From Bacteroidota bacterium (GTDB lineage: Bacteria > Bacteroidota > Bacteroidia > B-17B0 > Aurantibacillaceae): a stretch of 35,140 bases of DNA. The translations under genes were made by a program, and so were the position numbers. Shown piece after piece: positions 1 to 9,811 of the stretch. The stretch covers positions 1 to 35,140 of the forward strand of contig JAYTBK010000317.1 of assembly GCA_043737035.1 (NCBI GenBank). The letters run 5' to 3'. The notes under the pieces are model-generated. The model was given only the letters and a program-made list of their open reading frames with translations. It was not told the DNA's origin and did not search any database. Within the stretch, counting starts at the first letter, position 1, and the number at the start of each line of letters is the position of its first letter.

Positions 1-33
1 AAACTTATTAGTCCTGCAAAATATGGTATTATA

Positions 34-219
34 TCAATCACTTTTTTTACTTTGAATTAGTTTTAAATAAATACCGAAAGCTAGAATTGAAGGGACCCAA
101 ATTCCTATAAAAGTTGCATCATCTTTATTCCCTTGAAAATATAAAACTTCACAGAAAATTAATGAAAGAAGAGCTGCTATGAATAGAAGCTTATCTGCTA
201 AAGTAAATTTTTTAAACAT
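34..219 (-). CDS. small hypothetical membrane protein (two predicted TM helices)
   Basis: 61-aa ORF with an ATG start and two hydrophobic stretches (LLFIAALLSLIF, GIWVPSILAFGIYL). No family recognised. Confidence 0.35.
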   Translation of the reverse strand: MFKKFTLADKLLFIAALLSLIFCEVLYFQGNKDDATFIGIWVPSILAFGIYLKLIQSKKSD

Positions 220-714
220 GGTGCTAATTTTGTGTTTTTTTGTTAAAGTTTGCTTAGCAAAGCTACTAATTTAAATTGTGATATCTGTGATTTAAATATT
301 TTCATATAAAATTAATTATCAATTTATTATGCGTCAAATCTGATCATTATACGGATTTTTGAATTATCACATTAACTAAGTGCTTGAACATCTAAAATGC
401 GGCATATCACACCAAACGATGTGAGAGAATTCGGCGGAGCGATTATTTGATGATTGGCTTTACGGGCAAGTATTCATTTACCCAACGGAGCCGAATCTTA
501 TTATGCCGCAAGAGGTTTCCGAGGCTCTTTAAGGTGTTAGTGTAATAAAAGTATTGAGCTTTATTTTTACGATGATTGTAACCGTAACAAATTCTAGCGA
601 AGTTCTGTTATTTCAATGAGTTCGTTCCGTATTATTTCCGTCGGGAACACAAACCCCGGCACTACTTAATTTCTAGAAGCCGAGCTTTTGTTTTTTTAAA
701 CTAAATTTATCGTC

Positions 715-2061
715 ATGCAAAAACCAACCATTCTAATTGTAGATGATGAAGATAGATTTCGTCAGTTGCTTTCACGTATTATTTCATTGGAAGGTTTTAT
801 AGTAGTTGAAGCCGGCACTATTAGCGCGGCGCTTAAAATTATACAACAACAAATTATTGATATTGTATTAACGGACGTGAAGTTGCCCGATGGTAACGGA
901 ATTGATATACTCGAAAAAATAAAAGTCGTTAATCCACAATGTGAAATTATAGTAATGACTGCCTATGGCACCATTCACGATGGTGTTAAAGCAATTAAAC
1001 TGGGCGCTTTCGATTATTTTACCAAAGGCGATGATAACGACCAAATCATTCCATCATTAAACAGAGCTGCCGATAAAATTAAATTACAAAAACGTGTACA
1101 CGAATTAGAAAGCAGGTTAGAAATTAAATTTGGCTTTGATATTATTATCGGAGAATCTGAAGCGATTAAACAAACCATTGCACTTGCTAAAAAAGTTTCT
1201 CCTACCGATTCAACCGTTTTATTAGAAGGCGAAACCGGTGTAGGAAAAGAGTTGTTTGCACAGGCTATTCATTATTCGAGTCCCCGAAAAACCAAACCAT
1301 TTGTTGCACTAAATTGTAGTTCTTTTGCGAAAGATTTACTGGAGAGTGAATTATTTGGACATAAAAAAGGAGCGTTTACCGGAGCCTTTGCCGATAAAAA
1401 AGGCTTATTTGAAGAAGCCAGTGAAGGAACCATTTTTTTGGATGAAATGGGCGAGATGAATTTGGATTTACAAGCTAAATTATTGCGCGTTTTAGAAATG
1501 CAATCATTTATTAAAGTTGGCGATACAAAGCCTACTAAAGTAAATGTGCGTGTTATTGCTGCCACTAACCGCAAGCTGCAAAACGAATGCGAAAAAGGAA
1601 ATTTTAGATTAGACTTATATTATCGCCTGTCGACTTTTAAAATTAATATTCCCTCATTAAAAGAGCGCAAAGAAGATATTGAAGCCTTAGCAAATTATTT
1701 TATAAATTTTTACGGCATTAAATTAAAAAAACGCATTTCAACGATTGATAACGATTTACTAAAAATCTTGAAAAAGAATAATTGGAGAGGAAATATCAGA
1801 GAACTAAAAAACTGCATTGAAAGAGCGGTGATTTTGGCTGACTCCGAAATTCTTACTTACGATTTACTGCCGATAGAAATATTAAACTCAGAATTTACCA
1901 CTACCGAAAATTCGTTAACCAGCTTGGCTGCTATGGAAAAAAGCCATATTCAAAAAATATTACTTTTGGCGAAAGGTAACAAAACAAAAGCTGCGGAGTT
2001 ACTAAGCATTGGCTTAACTACGCTTTATCGAAAAATGGAAGAATACAGTATCAATAAATAA
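715..2061 (+). CDS. sigma-54-dependent response regulator (NtrC-family bacterial enhancer-binding protein)
   Basis: N-terminal receiver (ILIVDDE, acceptor context VLTDVKLPDGNG). AAA+ core with Walker A GETGVGKE, the sigma-54 contact loop GAFTGA and Walker B IFLDEMGE. C-terminal Fis-type HTH (NKTKAAELLSIGLTTLYRKM). Confidence 0.93.
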   Translation: MQKPTILIVDDEDRFRQLLSRIISLEGFIVVEAGTISAALKIIQQQIIDIVLTDVKLPDGNGIDILEKIKVVNPQCEIIVMTAYGTIHDGVKAIKLGAFDYFTKGDDNDQIIPSLNRAADKIKLQKRVHELESRLEIKFGFDIIIGESEAIKQTIALAKKVSPTDSTVLLEGETGVGKELFAQAIHYSSPRKTKPFVALNCSSFAKDLLESELFGHKKGAFTGAFADKKGLFEEASEGTIFLDEMGEMNLDLQAKLLRVLEMQSFIKVGDTKPTKVNVRVIAATNRKLQNECEKGNFRLDLYYRLSTFKINIPSLKERKEDIEALANYFINFYGIKLKKRISTIDNDLLKILKKNNWRGNIRELKNCIERAVILADSEILTYDLLPIEILNSEFTTTENSLTSLAAMEKSHIQKILLLAKGNKTKAAELLSIGLTTLYRKMEEYSINK

Positions 2062-2085
2062 AAAAACGTTTGTCATTCTAATAAA

Positions 2086-2111
2086 CCCTTCCAAAACGGA
2101 AGGGTTTTTTT
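2086..2111 (+). terminator. rho-independent terminator after the activator gene
   Basis: Stem CCCTTCC / GGAAGGG with loop AAAAC, followed by a T7 run, about 25 nt after the stop codon. Confidence 0.8.
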
Positions 2112-2315
2112 ATTTTCTATAGTTCGAAAAATGCTTTAAAAAAGGCAGAAACAACGGCATTGAAATTTAGAGAAAAAACCAATGTAACTATTTGAAAATA
2201 CTAACCCTTTCAAAATGAAAAACGCTATCAAAATGGCATGATTTAAAATTCCAAAAGTATACATGAAAACAGACCAATTAGCGTAAAAACAATTACTTAC
2301 AATCCATATTATAAA

Positions 2316-2331
2316 TGGCACCGAAATAGCA
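2316..2331 (+). promoter_or_regulatory. sigma-54 (-24/-12) promoter upstream of the porin-SPFH-kup genes
   Basis: TGGCACCGAAATAGCA matches TGGCAC-N5-TTGCW, with GG and GC at exactly the canonical spacing. It lies 26 nt upstream of the ATG at 2357 and directly downstream of a sigma-54 activator gene. Confidence 0.7.
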
Positions 2332-2356
2332 TTACACTGTCGACAACAAAAAAATT

Positions 2357-3718
2357 ATGAAAAAATTATTATTAAGTACCACTATTATTGCAAATGGTTT
2401 TTTTGCAATAGCACAAACAGATTCTGTTCCGGCAGCTAAAATACCTTTTGATGGTATGGATTTAAGTTGGATAAACGGCCAAAGCAGAGTTAAAAACCCA
2501 CCGCTTGTTATGACAGATAAAAAAACAGGTGAACCCCTATTAGTAGGATCTATTTATGTAGACACTTATTACAATTATAATTTTGCAAATCCTGTGGATA
2601 ACACGCAAACCATTTCGTCGTCCATTGGAAGGCATAACGAGTTTCAAATTAACTTGGCTAGTGTTGGCCTCGAAACAAATTATAAAAATATTATTGGTCG
2701 CTTAAATTTGCAATATGGCGGTATGCAGCACATTGTTCAGGAATTGGATGGAAGCGTAAACCGGGGAAGAAATACAGGAACAGGAAATTTAAAATTTATT
2801 CGTGAAGCAGCAGCAGGATACCATTTTGATAAGTGGCACGGAATAAATATTGAAGCTGGTATATTTATGAGTTATATTGGTTTGGAAAGTTATATGCTGC
2901 AAGATAACTGGAGTTACCAGCGTTCAATGCCTTGCGACTTTACGCCATTCTATTTTCAGGGTGCACGAATTCAAATGTACCCATCTAAAAAATTAAAACA
3001 AGAAATTTGGTTATTGAACGGATGGCAAACTTATAATAGTTATAGCAAATCTCCGGGCATTGGAAGTTCAACTTATTGGAGACCCAGAGAAAGTGTTCAG
3101 TTAGTAATGAATTATTATTTAGGCAGAGATACTCAAAATCCCGATACGCTTGGCAATCAATCAAACCGCCTTCGTTTTCATCACGATAATAGTATAGTAC
3201 TTCGTTATTTTAATAAACCGGAGTCAAAAGGTATTTCAAAATGTGCACTAAGTTTAAACTCGCATTATGGATTTCAAAAAGGAACAGATAAAGAAGATAC
3301 AATTACATCAAAACAACATTTTATGTATGGCACTTCTTTATCGAACAGAATTTGGTTTTATAAAAATAAATTGGCTTTAACGTTAAGAGGCGATTATTTG
3401 GCGAATGGCGGAAACTATCTTGCATTCTCGCCTTCACCGATAACACCTAATGATTATTCAAACTCATTTAATACAGATCCATACAAACCCCTTGAAATTT
3501 TACAAGGCACGGCAACCTTAGATGTTATGCCGAATGATTACGTTACCTTTCGTTTAGAGTATGGATACCGACAAGCAAATATTCCTTATTTTACCGGTCA
3601 TGGTGGAACAACTTCTCCGAGTGGCTGGGTAAACGGCCCAACCACACTTACTACATGGAAACCCGATTTGCAAAAAACAGAAAACAGAGTAACTGTTGCT
3701 GTAAATATTCGTTTATAA
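2357..3718 (+). CDS. outer-membrane beta-barrel protein / putative porin
   Basis: Signal peptide (MKKLLLSTTIIANGFFAIAQ). Long Y/G/N-rich sequence with alternating beta-strand-like pattern to the C-terminus. It occupies the position of the porin gene in Bacteroidota kdp-type loci. Confidence 0.6.
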   Translation: MKKLLLSTTIIANGFFAIAQTDSVPAAKIPFDGMDLSWINGQSRVKNPPLVMTDKKTGEPLLVGSIYVDTYYNYNFANPVDNTQTISSSIGRHNEFQINLASVGLETNYKNIIGRLNLQYGGMQHIVQELDGSVNRGRNTGTGNLKFIREAAAGYHFDKWHGINIEAGIFMSYIGLESYMLQDNWSYQRSMPCDFTPFYFQGARIQMYPSKKLKQEIWLLNGWQTYNSYSKSPGIGSSTYWRPRESVQLVMNYYLGRDTQNPDTLGNQSNRLRFHHDNSIVLRYFNKPESKGISKCALSLNSHYGFQKGTDKEDTITSKQHFMYGTSLSNRIWFYKNKLALTLRGDYLANGGNYLAFSPSPITPNDYSNSFNTDPYKPLEILQGTATLDVMPNDYVTFRLEYGYRQANIPYFTGHGGTTSPSGWVNGPTTLTTWKPDLQKTENRVTVAVNIRL

Positions 3719-3835
3719 AAAACTCTATACTAATTACTTTAATCGCAAAACATCCCGATGAATTTCCGAGGTTGTTTGGTTTCTAATGGTGAAGCTTGTG
3801 TACATTTACAATTAAATTATTCATCTAAAACTAAA

Positions 3836-3842
3836 AAGGAGG
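3836..3842 (+). promoter_or_regulatory. canonical Shine-Dalgarno sequence (AAGGAGG) 7 nt upstream of the SPFH gene ATG
   Basis: AAGGAGG-N7-ATG read directly. No other gene start in the window has a comparable motif. Confidence 0.6.
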
Positions 3843-3849
3843 AACTAAC

Positions 3850-4755
3850 ATGTTTACTATTATTCTGGGTCTTATCGTTCTTTTCGTATCTTACTTTGTT
3901 ATAAAAACAAATTATAAAATTAATCGCTTTTACCCTATTGCAAATAGTGTAGCCATACTGCTTATAGTTATTGGAATATTAACCTCCATGGTGAAGCAGG
4001 TGGATGCAGGCCAAACCGGTGTACAAACGCTTTTTGGAAAAGTAAACGACCATGCGTTAGAAAGTGGTTTAAATATGGTAAATCCTTTAGTTGAAGTAAC
4101 CATGTTTGACATCAAAACACAAAACTATACCATGTCCGGTGTTCATGATGAAGGTGATAAAGGCGGAGACGATGCGATACGAGTATTATCCGCCGATGGC
4201 TTAGAGGTTATTATAGATCTAACCGTATTATATCGCGTTGTTCCTACTCAGGCGCCAAGAATTTTAAAAGAAATAGGATCAGATTATAAGAATACAATTG
4301 TAAGGCCAATTACCCGGACTAAAATTCGTGATAATGCCGTTTATTATGATGCTGTAGCTCTTTATTCTACCAAAAGAGATGAATTTCAATCGAGAATATT
4401 TAAAGGGATTGAAAAAGATTTTAAAGACAGAGGCCTTGTTTTAGAACAATTACTTGTAAGAAACATTACGCTTCCACACTCTGTAAAAATCACCATCGAA
4501 TCGAAAATCAACGCTGAACAGGATGCGCAAAAAATGCAATTTGTGCTACAAAAAGAAAAACAGGAGGCAGAAAGAAAACGCGTGGAAGCACAAGGTATTG
4601 CAGACTATCAGAAAATTATTAATACGGGCTTAAGTGATCAGCAGTTACAATATGAAATGATAAAAGCAAATAAAGAAATAGCGACTTCACCAAACACAAA
4701 AATAATTATCATAGGAAATAGTAAAAGTATGCCTTTAATGCTGAACGATAAATAG
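3850..4755 (+). CDS. SPFH/band-7 (prohibitin-family) membrane protein
   Basis: N-terminal TM segments followed by an SPFH-like core (GQTGVQTLFGKV..., RVLSADGLEVIIDLTVLYRV) and a C-terminal coiled-coil (QKEKQEAERKRVEAQGIADYQK). Confidence 0.85.
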   Translation: MFTIILGLIVLFVSYFVIKTNYKINRFYPIANSVAILLIVIGILTSMVKQVDAGQTGVQTLFGKVNDHALESGLNMVNPLVEVTMFDIKTQNYTMSGVHDEGDKGGDDAIRVLSADGLEVIIDLTVLYRVVPTQAPRILKEIGSDYKNTIVRPITRTKIRDNAVYYDAVALYSTKRDEFQSRIFKGIEKDFKDRGLVLEQLLVRNITLPHSVKITIESKINAEQDAQKMQFVLQKEKQEAERKRVEAQGIADYQKIINTGLSDQQLQYEMIKANKEIATSPNTKIIIIGNSKSMPLMLNDK

Positions 4756-4848
4756 TAGTCCATTCGATATAACTGAAATCAACCTGTAAGGATGTAAGTC
4801 TCAAAAAAAAGATCTTGGCAACCTACTAAATTAAACCCAAAGAAGTAT

Positions 4849-6783
4849 ATGGAAAAATTAAATTTACAAAAGTTAAATTATGCGGGCTTTCTTGTTTCAA
4901 TAGGAATTGTTTTTGGCGATATTGGCACGTCCCCGCTTTATACCTATACTGCCATTATAGGAAGTCAACCGATTACTGAGTTAATTGCCTTAGGCGGAGT
5001 ATCTGCTATTTTTTGGACTCTTACGTTTCAAACAACCATCAAATATGTTTTCATCACATTAAGAGCTGATAATAAAGGAGAAGGCGGAATATTTTCTTTA
5101 TACACATTAATTAGAAAATACCGAAGATGGTTACTGTTTCCTGCCATTGCAGGTGGAAGTTTTTTATTGGCGGATAGTATCATAACACCACCAATTTCGG
5201 TATCATCGGCTATGGAAGGCTTAAAACCACATTTTCCCAACATTCCGCTTATGCCATTAGTCATATCCATTTTAATTTTATTATTTGTGTTGCAACGTAA
5301 AGGCACATCGTTTTTAGGAAAACTGTTCGGACCAATTATGATGTTGTGGTTTACAATGATTGCTATTTTAGGTTTTGGAGAATTAATGGGAAATTTTTCA
5401 GTGTTTAAAGCCTTAAATCCTTATTACGCGTTTAAACTTTTATCAGAGCACCCCGGCGGTTTTTGGTTACTTGGTGGCGTTTTTTTATGCACCACAGGAG
5501 CCGAAGCGTTATACTCCGATTTAGGCCACTGCGGAAGAAAAAATATTCAGATTAGCTGGTTGTATGTAAAAGTTTGCTTAATACTTTGCTATTTCGGACA
5601 AGCGGCTTGGTTATTAAATCATGTGGGTACAGTTTTAACTGATGTGAGTCCGTTTTTTGGCTTAGTACCAAATTGGTTTATTTTTCCTGCCATTACTATC
5701 GCCACTTTAGCAACTATTATAGCAAGCCAGGCATTAATCAGTGGTTCATTTACCTTAATAGCAGAAGCCATTCGCTTAAACTTGTGGCCGAAATTAAGAG
5801 TCGTTTTTCCATCCGATGTTAAAGGCCAATTATATATTCCTGCAATAAACTGGCTATTAATGTGCGGTTGCATTGCAGTTGTTTTATTTTTTAAAGAATC
5901 AAAAAATATGGAAGCTGCCTTTGGTTTATCGGTTACACTTACCATGTTAATGACTACGATTTTATTGAGCTTTTATTTATATGTAAAAAAAGTAAACAAA
6001 ATTACCGTATTAAGTTTGCTCTTTATATTTCTTACAATTGAAGGCTCGTTTTTAGTAGCAAACTTAAAAAAATTTATGCACGGTGGCTGGGTTACGTTAT
6101 CGCTCGGCATTTTAATTTTTGCAATCATGTATATTTGGTATAGGGCTGATGAAATTAAACGAAGCTTGCAAAAATTAGTTGATTTAAACCCTTTTATTCC
6201 AGTGCTAAAAGAATTAAGTAATGATGCAGCCGTTTCAAAATATGCAACAAACCTAGTGTATTTGACCTCCTCGGGAAGCAGCCATAAAATTGAAGAAAGT
6301 ACAATACATTCCATTCTTTACAGGCAACCCAAAAGAGCGGATATATATTGGTTTGTGCATATAGATGTGGTTGATGAACCTTTTAAAATGGCTTATACGG
6401 TAAATATTATTGAACCTGAAGGAGTGGTTTACATTACCTTTAAATTAGGATTTAGGGTAGCGCCAAAAATAAATTCGTTGTTTAGAAAAGTAGTTGAAGA
6501 GATGGTATTGAAGAAAGAAGTTAATATTCAAAGTCGTTATACATCGTTAGATAAACACAACATTACCGGCGATTTTAAATTTGTGATTACGCAACGTTTT
6601 TTATCGTTTGAAAATGAACTTTCCTTTAGCAACAATTTAATATTAAAAGTATATTTCTTTTTAAAGAGAATTGGTTTGCCCGACGAAAAAGAATATGGGT
6701 TGGATTATAGTAACTTGCATATTGAAAGACTACCATTAATACTGACACCACCAAAACACTCTGAACTACGACGGGAAGAATAA
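4849..6783 (+). CDS. kup: KUP/HAK/KT family potassium uptake transporter
   Basis: Hallmark N-terminal motif GDIGTSPLYT, about 12 TM segments and a cytoplasmic C-terminal domain. Length 644 aa is typical for Kup. Confidence 0.93.
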   Translation: MEKLNLQKLNYAGFLVSIGIVFGDIGTSPLYTYTAIIGSQPITELIALGGVSAIFWTLTFQTTIKYVFITLRADNKGEGGIFSLYTLIRKYRRWLLFPAIAGGSFLLADSIITPPISVSSAMEGLKPHFPNIPLMPLVISILILLFVLQRKGTSFLGKLFGPIMMLWFTMIAILGFGELMGNFSVFKALNPYYAFKLLSEHPGGFWLLGGVFLCTTGAEALYSDLGHCGRKNIQISWLYVKVCLILCYFGQAAWLLNHVGTVLTDVSPFFGLVPNWFIFPAITIATLATIIASQALISGSFTLIAEAIRLNLWPKLRVVFPSDVKGQLYIPAINWLLMCGCIAVVLFFKESKNMEAAFGLSVTLTMLMTTILLSFYLYVKKVNKITVLSLLFIFLTIEGSFLVANLKKFMHGGWVTLSLGILIFAIMYIWYRADEIKRSLQKLVDLNPFIPVLKELSNDAAVSKYATNLVYLTSSGSSHKIEESTIHSILYRQPKRADIYWFVHIDVVDEPFKMAYTVNIIEPEGVVYITFKLGFRVAPKINSLFRKVVEEMVLKKEVNIQSRYTSLDKHNITGDFKFVITQRFLSFENELSFSNNLILKVYFFLKRIGLPDEKEYGLDYSNLHIERLPLILTPPKHSELRREE

Positions 6784-6950
6784 TGTTTGGAAATATAAAT
6801 AATTGAAAATTAACTTTAGCGCAGACGTACAAGTTAAAATAACCCATCTGTAATTGCAAGCGTTAGTTTAATTTAATAAAGTCCATACTCAGTAATACGA
6901 TTATTGATTACTACAGGTACAAGTTCTCATATCGACTTTATACTATTATC

Positions 6951-8646
6951 ATGATAAAATTGACAATTAAAACCAAACTGAGTTTGGCCTTATTTTTTCT
7001 ATTTGCCGTTATTTTACTATTGGGCGGTGTTGGTATATTTTATACACACGCTATTGCTGAAAAATCAAAAGAGATATTGAAAGATAATTATGAGTCGATT
7101 CAATATGCAAAAGTTATGATGCAGGCAATTGATGTGATAGACAAGGACAGCATCAATTCCTTTAAAACAATAGAAACAAACTTAAAACTACAGCAACTAA
7201 ATATTACCGAAATTGGAGAAAAAGAATATACCGAAGAAGTTGCAGTTCAGTAAACTAAAAGCAAATGGCGTTCTCCATTCAGATTTAAAACTGATTAAAG
7301 CGGCATTATACAAAATAACAGATCTTAACCTGCAAGCTTTATTAAAGAAAAACAATCAGGCACAAGTAACCGCCGATAATGTTTTGGCTACCATTGCCAT
7401 CATTGGGGCGATCTGTTTTCTAATTGTTTTTACTTTCATCATAAATTTTCCAGGTTACATTGCAAATCCGATTAAACAACTTACTGAAAGTATAAAGCAA
7501 ATTGCAAATAAAAACTACCATCAACGCATACATATTAAATCAAACGATGAATTTGGCGAACTGGCTGAGGCATTCAATTCAATGGCTGAAAAATTAGAAC
7601 AATATGAAAACAGCAATTTGGCAAAAATTATGTTCGAAAAAACCCGTATTGAAGCCATCATAAATAATATGAACGATGCCATTATTGGCTTTAATGAAAA
7701 CGATATTATTTTATTTACTAATATCCGGGCAGCGCAATTATTGGGAATATCCCAAAAAAATATGGTTGGGAAATATGTCTCGCATATAGCGGAGAATAAC
7801 GATTTGATGAAATTTTTATTAACTAAAAATATTTCGAGTGATGCAATAAAAATCTTCGCAAACAATAAAGAAAGTTATTTTACGCAGGAAAATATTTTAA
7901 TTACATCAGAGGAAAAGTCAATTGGAAAAGTTATCCTATTAAAAAACATTACACAGTTTCAGGAATTAGATAAGGCAAAAACAAATTTTATTGCAACCAT
8001 TTCCCACGAACTCAAAACACCCATTGCTTCAATAAAACTAAGTTCTAAATTATTGCAAGATGAAAGAGTTGGGCAACTTAACCCGGAACAACAAGAATTG
8101 ATAAATAATATTAAAGATGACTCGGAAAGATTACTAAAGATTACGGGTGAAGTGTTGAATATGGCGCAGGTTGAAACAGGTAAAATTCAATTAAAGTTTC
8201 AAAAAGTTGCAGCTCTTGATATCGTTAACTACGCCGTAAATACGGTAAAATTTCAGGCTCAACAAAAACAAATTACCTTCAATATAAATATGAGTGAAAA
8301 ATTACCGCACGTAATCGCGGATATGGAAAAAACCGCTTGGGTAATGGTTAATTTACTTAGCAACGCCATTCGGTATTCGCAAGAAAATTCATCAATTAAA
8401 ATAAAGGTAATTGAACATCAAAATGCGGTTCAATTTTCAATACAGGATTTTGGAAAAGGCATAGATCCTAAATACCACGATAAAATTTTTGATAAATATT
8501 TTCAGATTCCGGGAAGCAGTAAAACCGGAACAGGTTTAGGTTTAGCAATCGCCAAAGAATTTATTGTAGCGCACAACGGGCAAATTGGTTTAGAAAGCGA
8601 GCTGAATGAAGGAACCACATTTTATTTTAATATTCCCAAAGCTTAA
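6951..8646 (+). pseudogene. membrane sensor histidine kinase (TM-sensor-TM-HAMP-PAS-HisKA-HATPase) split by a frameshift near 7201-7253
   Basis: ORF 6951..7253 encodes only TM1 plus the periplasmic sensor. ORF 7213..8646 has a TTG pseudo-start in another frame and continues with TM2, HAMP (DEFGELAEAFNSMAEKL), PAS, H-box ISHELKTPIASI, N-box LLSNAIRYS and G-boxes DFGKGI and GTGLGLAIAKE. The two frames overlap by 41 nt. Confidence 0.8.
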
Positions 8647-8668
8647 AACATTTAAAAACACATCGCAT

Positions 8669-9811
8669 TTAAGTCAGTTGTTTATTTAAAGTAATCCTAA
8701 GGCCAATTAGTCCCACAATAGCTGACGCTAAAGAACCGATAATAACGGCTATCTTCGAAACATCAATCGTTTCCGGATCGGTAAAGGCTAAAAGGGTTAT
8801 AAAAACGGACATTGTAAAGCCGATACCCGCCAAAAAGCTTATCCAAATTATATGTTGTTTTGTAACACCGCGCGGTAGCTTACACCATCCAAAATAAATT
8901 GTAAAAAAAGAAAATCCAACAATTCCAATTGGTTTTCCAAATAATAAGGCTAACATAATACCATAACAATTACTATTGGAAAGGCCCGCTGCTATATTTA
9001 CCGGAATATGAAAAGCTGTATTAGCAAGCGCAAAAACCGGTAATACAAAAAATGCGACAGGGAGATGTAGTTGTTGCTGTAATTTATGCGATACCGATGT
9101 TTGATTATTATTGCCGAATGGAATAACAAACGCCAGCAAAACACCGGTTATGGTTGCATGCACTCCCGACCGGTACATAAAAAACCACATGATGATGCCA
9201 AGTAACAGATATATTCTAATTTTAAAAACTTTTATTTTTCTAAGCAAAAGCATGATAAAAAAAACCAGACCCGCTAATCCGAAAAACAACATCGAAAATT
9301 CATTAGAGTAAAATAATGCAATTACAATAATGGCGCCGAGGTCATCAATAATTGCTAATGCAGTTAAAAATATTTTTAAAGGTGCTGGCACTCTGCTACC
9401 GAGCAAAGAAAGTACGGCCAACGAAAAAGCGATGTCGGTTGCCATAGGAATTGCAAAACCATTTTGAGTTTCACTTCCTTCATTAAAAGCCAAATGAATC
9501 AATGCCGGTACAAGCATCCCTCCTACTGCTGCTACGATCGGCAGTATCGATTTTTTAACGTCGGAAAGTTCGCCTATATAGAATTCCCTTTCGATTTCGA
9601 GGCCTACCAGCAAAAAAAAGACAGTCATTAAACCATCGTTAATCCAAAATTCTAATGGTTTCGAAAACACTTCAAAATGCCAAAATTGTATGTAACTATT
9701 TCCAATTGAAGAGTTACTTATTAATAGTGAAAGCGCGGTACAAATTAGTAAAATGATGCCGGAAGCTTTTTCACTATTCGTAAATTCGGTGTAAAGTTTA
9801 CGCAACATCAT
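8669..9811 (-). CDS. nhaA: Na+/H+ antiporter NhaA
   Basis: Polytopic 380-aa protein carrying the NhaA signature ALAIIDDLGAIIVIALFY (the twin-Asp ion-binding site). Confidence 0.92.
   Translation of the reverse strand: MMLRKLYTEFTNSEKASGIILLICTALSLLISNSSIGNSYIQFWHFEVFSKPLEFWINDGLMTVFFLLVGLEIEREFYIGELSDVKKSILPIVAAVGGMLVPALIHLAFNEGSETQNGFAIPMATDIAFSLAVLSLLGSRVPAPLKIFLTALAIIDDLGAIIVIALFYSNEFSMLFFGLAGLVFFIMLLLRKIKVFKIRIYLLLGIIMWFFMYRSGVHATITGVLLAFVIPFGNNNQTSVSHKLQQQLHLPVAFFVLPVFALANTAFHIPVNIAAGLSNSNCYGIMLALLFGKPIGIVGFSFFTIYFGWCKLPRGVTKQHIIWISFLAGIGFTMSVFITLLAFTDPETIDVSKIAVIIGSLASAIVGLIGLRITLNKQLT

Noticed and set aside
395-515. A c-di-AMP (ydaO-type) or other ion-related riboswitch in the leader region, suggested by the K+ transporter context and by ACGGG / ACCCA / CCGAAUC strings.
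   Set aside because: The conserved ydaO elements as I remember them (the duplicated GGGGA-CCCA type cores and the CAGCUAACC tail) are absent or out of order. The element also precedes a regulator gene, not the transporter. It is kept only as an unexplained fold.
2136-2321. A 61-aa hydrophobic minus-strand ORF between the EBP and the porin gene, considered as a KdpF-like small membrane peptide.
   Set aside because: It is on the wrong strand for the operon. It overlaps the predicted sigma-54 promoter and the candidate enhancer region, and it has no recognisable family. It is more likely non-coding control DNA.
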